Assembly: GCA_977030845.1 (NCBI GenBank)
Contig: OZ365112.1
Location: forward strand, 15,996,001 to 16,060,000
Direction: 5' to 3'
Origin: Fimbriosthenelais zetlandica
Taxonomy: Eukaryota
DNA: 64,000 nt
The stretch's first letter is position 1. Each line of letters starts with the position of its first letter. A model generated the notes under the pieces. It was not told the DNA's origin. It searched no databases and was given only the letters and a program-made list of their open reading frames with translations. Position numbers and translations under genes: made by a program. Below are positions 63,001 through 64,000 of this stretch, one piece after another.

Positions 63001-63082
63001 CTTACTACCACCATGGCTAACCCAACCCATAACGTGTCTGACGTCCACACAAGCTCAGCTCCTACATTCACCCCTTCATTAG
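17731..63082 (+). CDS. Pax2/5/8: Pax2/5/8 paired-box transcription factor gene, multi-exon and 3'-incomplete. Model: [exon 1a, 1b or 1c] + 45201-45366 + [51549-51746 or 51830-52027] + 55796-55998 + 62088-62146 + 62791-63082
   Basis: Spliced translation gives [80 protein letters not shown]...[10 protein letters not shown]...[13 protein letters not shown], a Pax2/5/8-type paired domain, followed by an octapeptide and a KRRHDE basic motif. All junctions are GT-AG with matching phases (1,2,2,1,0,1). Confidence 0.97.
24726..24739 (+). promoter_or_regulatory. CTCF-like site CAGCCAGGGGGCGC
   Basis: 13/14 match to the CCRSYAGRKGGCRS core, in a CpG-rich patch. Confidence 0.35.
24868..24891 (+). repeat. 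Tandem 12-bp direct repeat TGTGGTCACTTC x2
   Basis: Exact copies at 24868-24879 and 24880-24891, each containing the Runx core TGTGGT. Confidence 0.8.
25458..25503 (+). promoter_or_regulatory. Dense motif cluster: NRF1-like, ETS, YY1-like, Runx and Su(H)/CSL sites
   Basis: ACGCATGCGCA 25458-25468, CAGGAAGT 25469-25476, GCCATTTT 25480-25487, TGTGGTT 25488-25494 and TGTGAGAA 25496-25503, almost abutting. Confidence 0.4.
29435..29480. repeat. Perfect 13-bp inverted repeat (7-nt loop) overlapping an 8-bp inverted repeat (1-nt spacer)
   Basis: AATTTCTACTGAC (29435-29447) pairs with GTCAGTAGAAATT (29455-29467); AATTGTCA-G-TGACAATT spans 29464-29480. Confidence 0.85.
29700..29830 (+). promoter_or_regulatory. 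Candidate promoter for the exon-1b transcript (G-tracts, GC box, tandem Inr-like TCAGTC)
   Basis: Four or more G-runs at 29702-29727 (G-quadruplex-compatible), GGCCCCGCCC at 29734-29743, and TCAGTC at 29817 and 29821, about 530 nt upstream of ATG 30355. Motif-only evidence. Confidence 0.4.
30355..30592 (+). CDS. Pax2/5/8: Alternative first coding exon 1b: [13 protein letters not shown]...[26 protein letters not shown] (79 aa, or 23 aa from ATG 30523)
   Basis: Consensus donor A|GTAAGT at 30593 in phase 1, with an in-frame stop two codons past the donor. Splicing gives [12 protein letters not shown]. The [21 protein letters not shown] stretch resembles spiralian Pax2/5/8 N-termini as I recall them (not searched). 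Confidence 0.88.
34966..35053 (+). CDS. Pax2/5/8: Candidate alternative first coding exon 1c: [30 protein letters not shown] (29 aa; too short for the ORF track)
   Basis: Isolated CpG-rich patch. ATG 34966 is the first in its frame (in-frame TGA at 34930). Donor GAG|GTGGGT at 35054 is in phase 1 and has the same intronic hexamer as the exon-2 donor. The frame closes (TGA) two codons after the donor. Splicing gives [15 protein letters not shown]. Confidence 0.65.
42168..42181 (+). repeat. (AG)7 microsatellite in a purine-rich tract
   Basis: Direct reading of the sequence. Confidence 0.8.
45201..45366 (+). CDS. Pax2/5/8: Exon 2, paired domain N-terminal (PAI) subdomain, 166 nt
   Basis: Acceptor ttttgtgttttgcag|GT CAT GGG and donor GGA AG|gtgggt. 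Translation (G/S)HGGVNQLGG...VSKILGR. Phase 1 in and phase 2 out, matching the conserved Pax2/5/8 intron positions. Confidence 0.98.
51549..51746 (+). CDS. Pax2/5/8: Exon 3a, paired domain linker + RED subdomain, copy A (198 nt): RYYETG...[41 protein letters not shown]
   Basis: Branch-like CACTAAT at 51507-51513, pyrimidine tract ccttttctatccttttccag, donor AG|gtaagc, phase 2/2, no stops. Confidence 0.95.
51785..51791 (+). promoter_or_regulatory. Putative branch point (TACTAAT) of the 83-nt intron between exons 3a and 3b
   Basis: 6/7 match to TACTAAC. The branch A at 51790 is intron position 44 and lies 39 nt from the acceptor. Confidence 0.6.
51830..52027 (+). CDS. Pax2/5/8: Exon 3b, paired domain linker + RED subdomain, copy B (198 nt): RYYETG...[41 protein letters not shown]
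   Basis: Branch-like TACTAAT at 51785-51791, acceptor ctccctattgcag, donor AG|gtaagg, phase 2/2, no stops. Same length as exon 3a. Confidence 0.96.
55796..55998 (+). CDS. Pax2/5/8: Exon 4: end of paired domain (IVRNKAAEK), octapeptide and basic KRRHDE motif
   Basis: Acceptor ttgcttcag|G ATT GTG completes SINR-IVRNK. Donor ACA G|gtaggg in phase 1. Confidence 0.95.
55920..55943 (+). other. Octapeptide (eh1-like Groucho/TLE-binding motif) YTISTILG
   Basis: Matches the Pax2/5/8 octapeptide pattern (Y-S/T-I-x-x-I-L-G) at the expected position after the paired domain. Confidence 0.9.
62088..62146 (+). CDS. Pax2/5/8: Exon 5 (59 nt): [20 protein letters not shown]
   Basis: Acceptor ttcctttcttttacag and consensus donor GAT|gtaagt. 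Phase 1 in fits exon 4 and phase 0 out fits exon 6. The NGH motif parallels the one following KRKRDEG in vertebrate Pax5. Confidence 0.75.
62791..63082 (+). CDS. Pax2/5/8: Exon 6 (292 nt): [39 protein letters not shown]...DPIKT...[15 protein letters not shown]...TFTPSL-G
   Basis: Strong acceptor tcttttttccccacag. The phase-0 frame is open for 97 codons and is P/S/T/Q-rich. Donor TTA G|gtcagt. [15 protein letters not shown] is reminiscent of Pax5 EPIKPEQTTEYSAMASL. The ORF track shows a different frame here. Confidence 0.8.
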
Positions 63083-63875
63083 GTCAGTATTACCACATTT
63101 TACATAATTAAATTGGTTAAAGGACGCGGCCGACACAGGCTGGGGGGTAATAAAAATCTTCACCATAATCATGTTGTGAATGGAATGATTATGCAAGTAT
63201 GTTCGGTGGTATAGGGGATAATGGCCACCATAGTATTGACACTAACGATGATCTGGTAGCCCCCCTCACGCTTGGAGGCCTCAGTCTCAAGGTCAGACAA
63301 AATCAACAGCAAAGTGAAATACTACTTCCTGTCCCGCCCGCTCACAGTGCCACCTATAGGGCGCATCCAGACTAATGACCCATCGTGTCAAGTACTGACC
63401 CAGGTCTGCTTTTAAAACATCATAGAAAGTGAAAACTTAGATGTAATCCATCCGCCATAGTCTATACATAGGTTGGCGAGGTATATAGACCATTCCTATT
63501 TTATTTCAGACTATGCTATGTTCTTCATAGGTATTCCTTTGATGCTCTGCCGCACGCATTCCCACATGGAGGTGTGGGCGGCTATCTGAGCCGGGAGTTG
63601 GGTGGATCACTCTCAGTTGGGATCTGTTTTGAAATTCGAAGCAAGGTCCAATGAATGTCAATCCACCATTGACCTGTGGTCCCATTATACCAGGTGTGGA
63701 AATGGTAGTCGCTTGACACCCAGCTGGTGATAGGGTGACCTGTATATACTCTGTCTATGGAGGTTAGTATGAATTCAACTGAATGTGGACGTGCTAGAGA
63801 CCTGAGCTGGCATGGAATGAGATGAGATCCTAATGTGATACTCATGATTGTTTTGAAGTCATGCTACTCAAATAC

Positions 63876-63888
63876 GGGGGGGGGGGGG
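63876..63888 (+). repeat. Poly-G run (13 nt)
   Basis: Direct reading of the sequence. Confidence 0.85.
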
Positions 63889-64000
63889 CATTTGACTCCC
63901 TACACCCCCTCCCTCCTCATGTCCCCCTTCAAAGTAGAACGTGAGCGGGCACCATTTCACCCTTTCTAAACAAGTGGAGTGGATACTTCAAAGTGACCAC

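Noticed and set aside
62744-63082. 112-aa ORF in the track as the exon-6 product
   Set aside because: Wrong frame; the phase-0 frame from 62791 fits exon 5 and gives Pax-like sequence.
1-64000. tRNA, rRNA, snoRNA or conserved bilaterian miRNA genes
   Set aside because: No cloverleaf, no convincing C/D pair and no mature miRNA sequence that I recognised; an Infernal or miRBase search would be needed to exclude them formally.

Overview
This is animal genomic DNA from an invertebrate, most likely a spiralian/lophotrochozoan. That assignment rests on the exon-1b peptide resembling spiralian Pax2/5/8 N-termini as I recall them, not on a search. No prokaryotic features are present. One large, intron-rich plus-strand gene dominates the window: Pax2/5/8 (paired domain + octapeptide), from about 17.7 kb to past the last exon I can place (63082); the C-terminal exons are probably outside the window. 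I reconstructed the exons by hand from splice signals and phase. There are three candidate first coding exons (17731-18058, 30355-30592, 34966-35053), all ending in phase 1 and fitting exon 2 (45201-45366, PAI subdomain). The 198-nt exon encoding the paired-domain linker and RED subdomain is tandemly duplicated (51549-51746 and 51830-52027, 83 nt apart). The copies differ at 32 synonymous codons but only 7 amino acids, the pattern expected of old, selected, probably mutually exclusive exons. Downstream are an octapeptide exon (55796-55998), exon 5 (62088-62146) and exon 6 (62791-63082), the last with three in-frame acceptors 9 nt apart. The most interesting signal is this combinatorial isoform architecture with a swappable half of the DNA-binding domain. 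The first ~15 kb and the introns hold no recognisable protein-coding gene, only CpG-rich patches, candidate regulatory motifs, short hairpins and a recurrent CCTCCAGG/CCTGGAGG 8-mer. All isoform and regulatory claims are sequence-based inferences that need transcript data.
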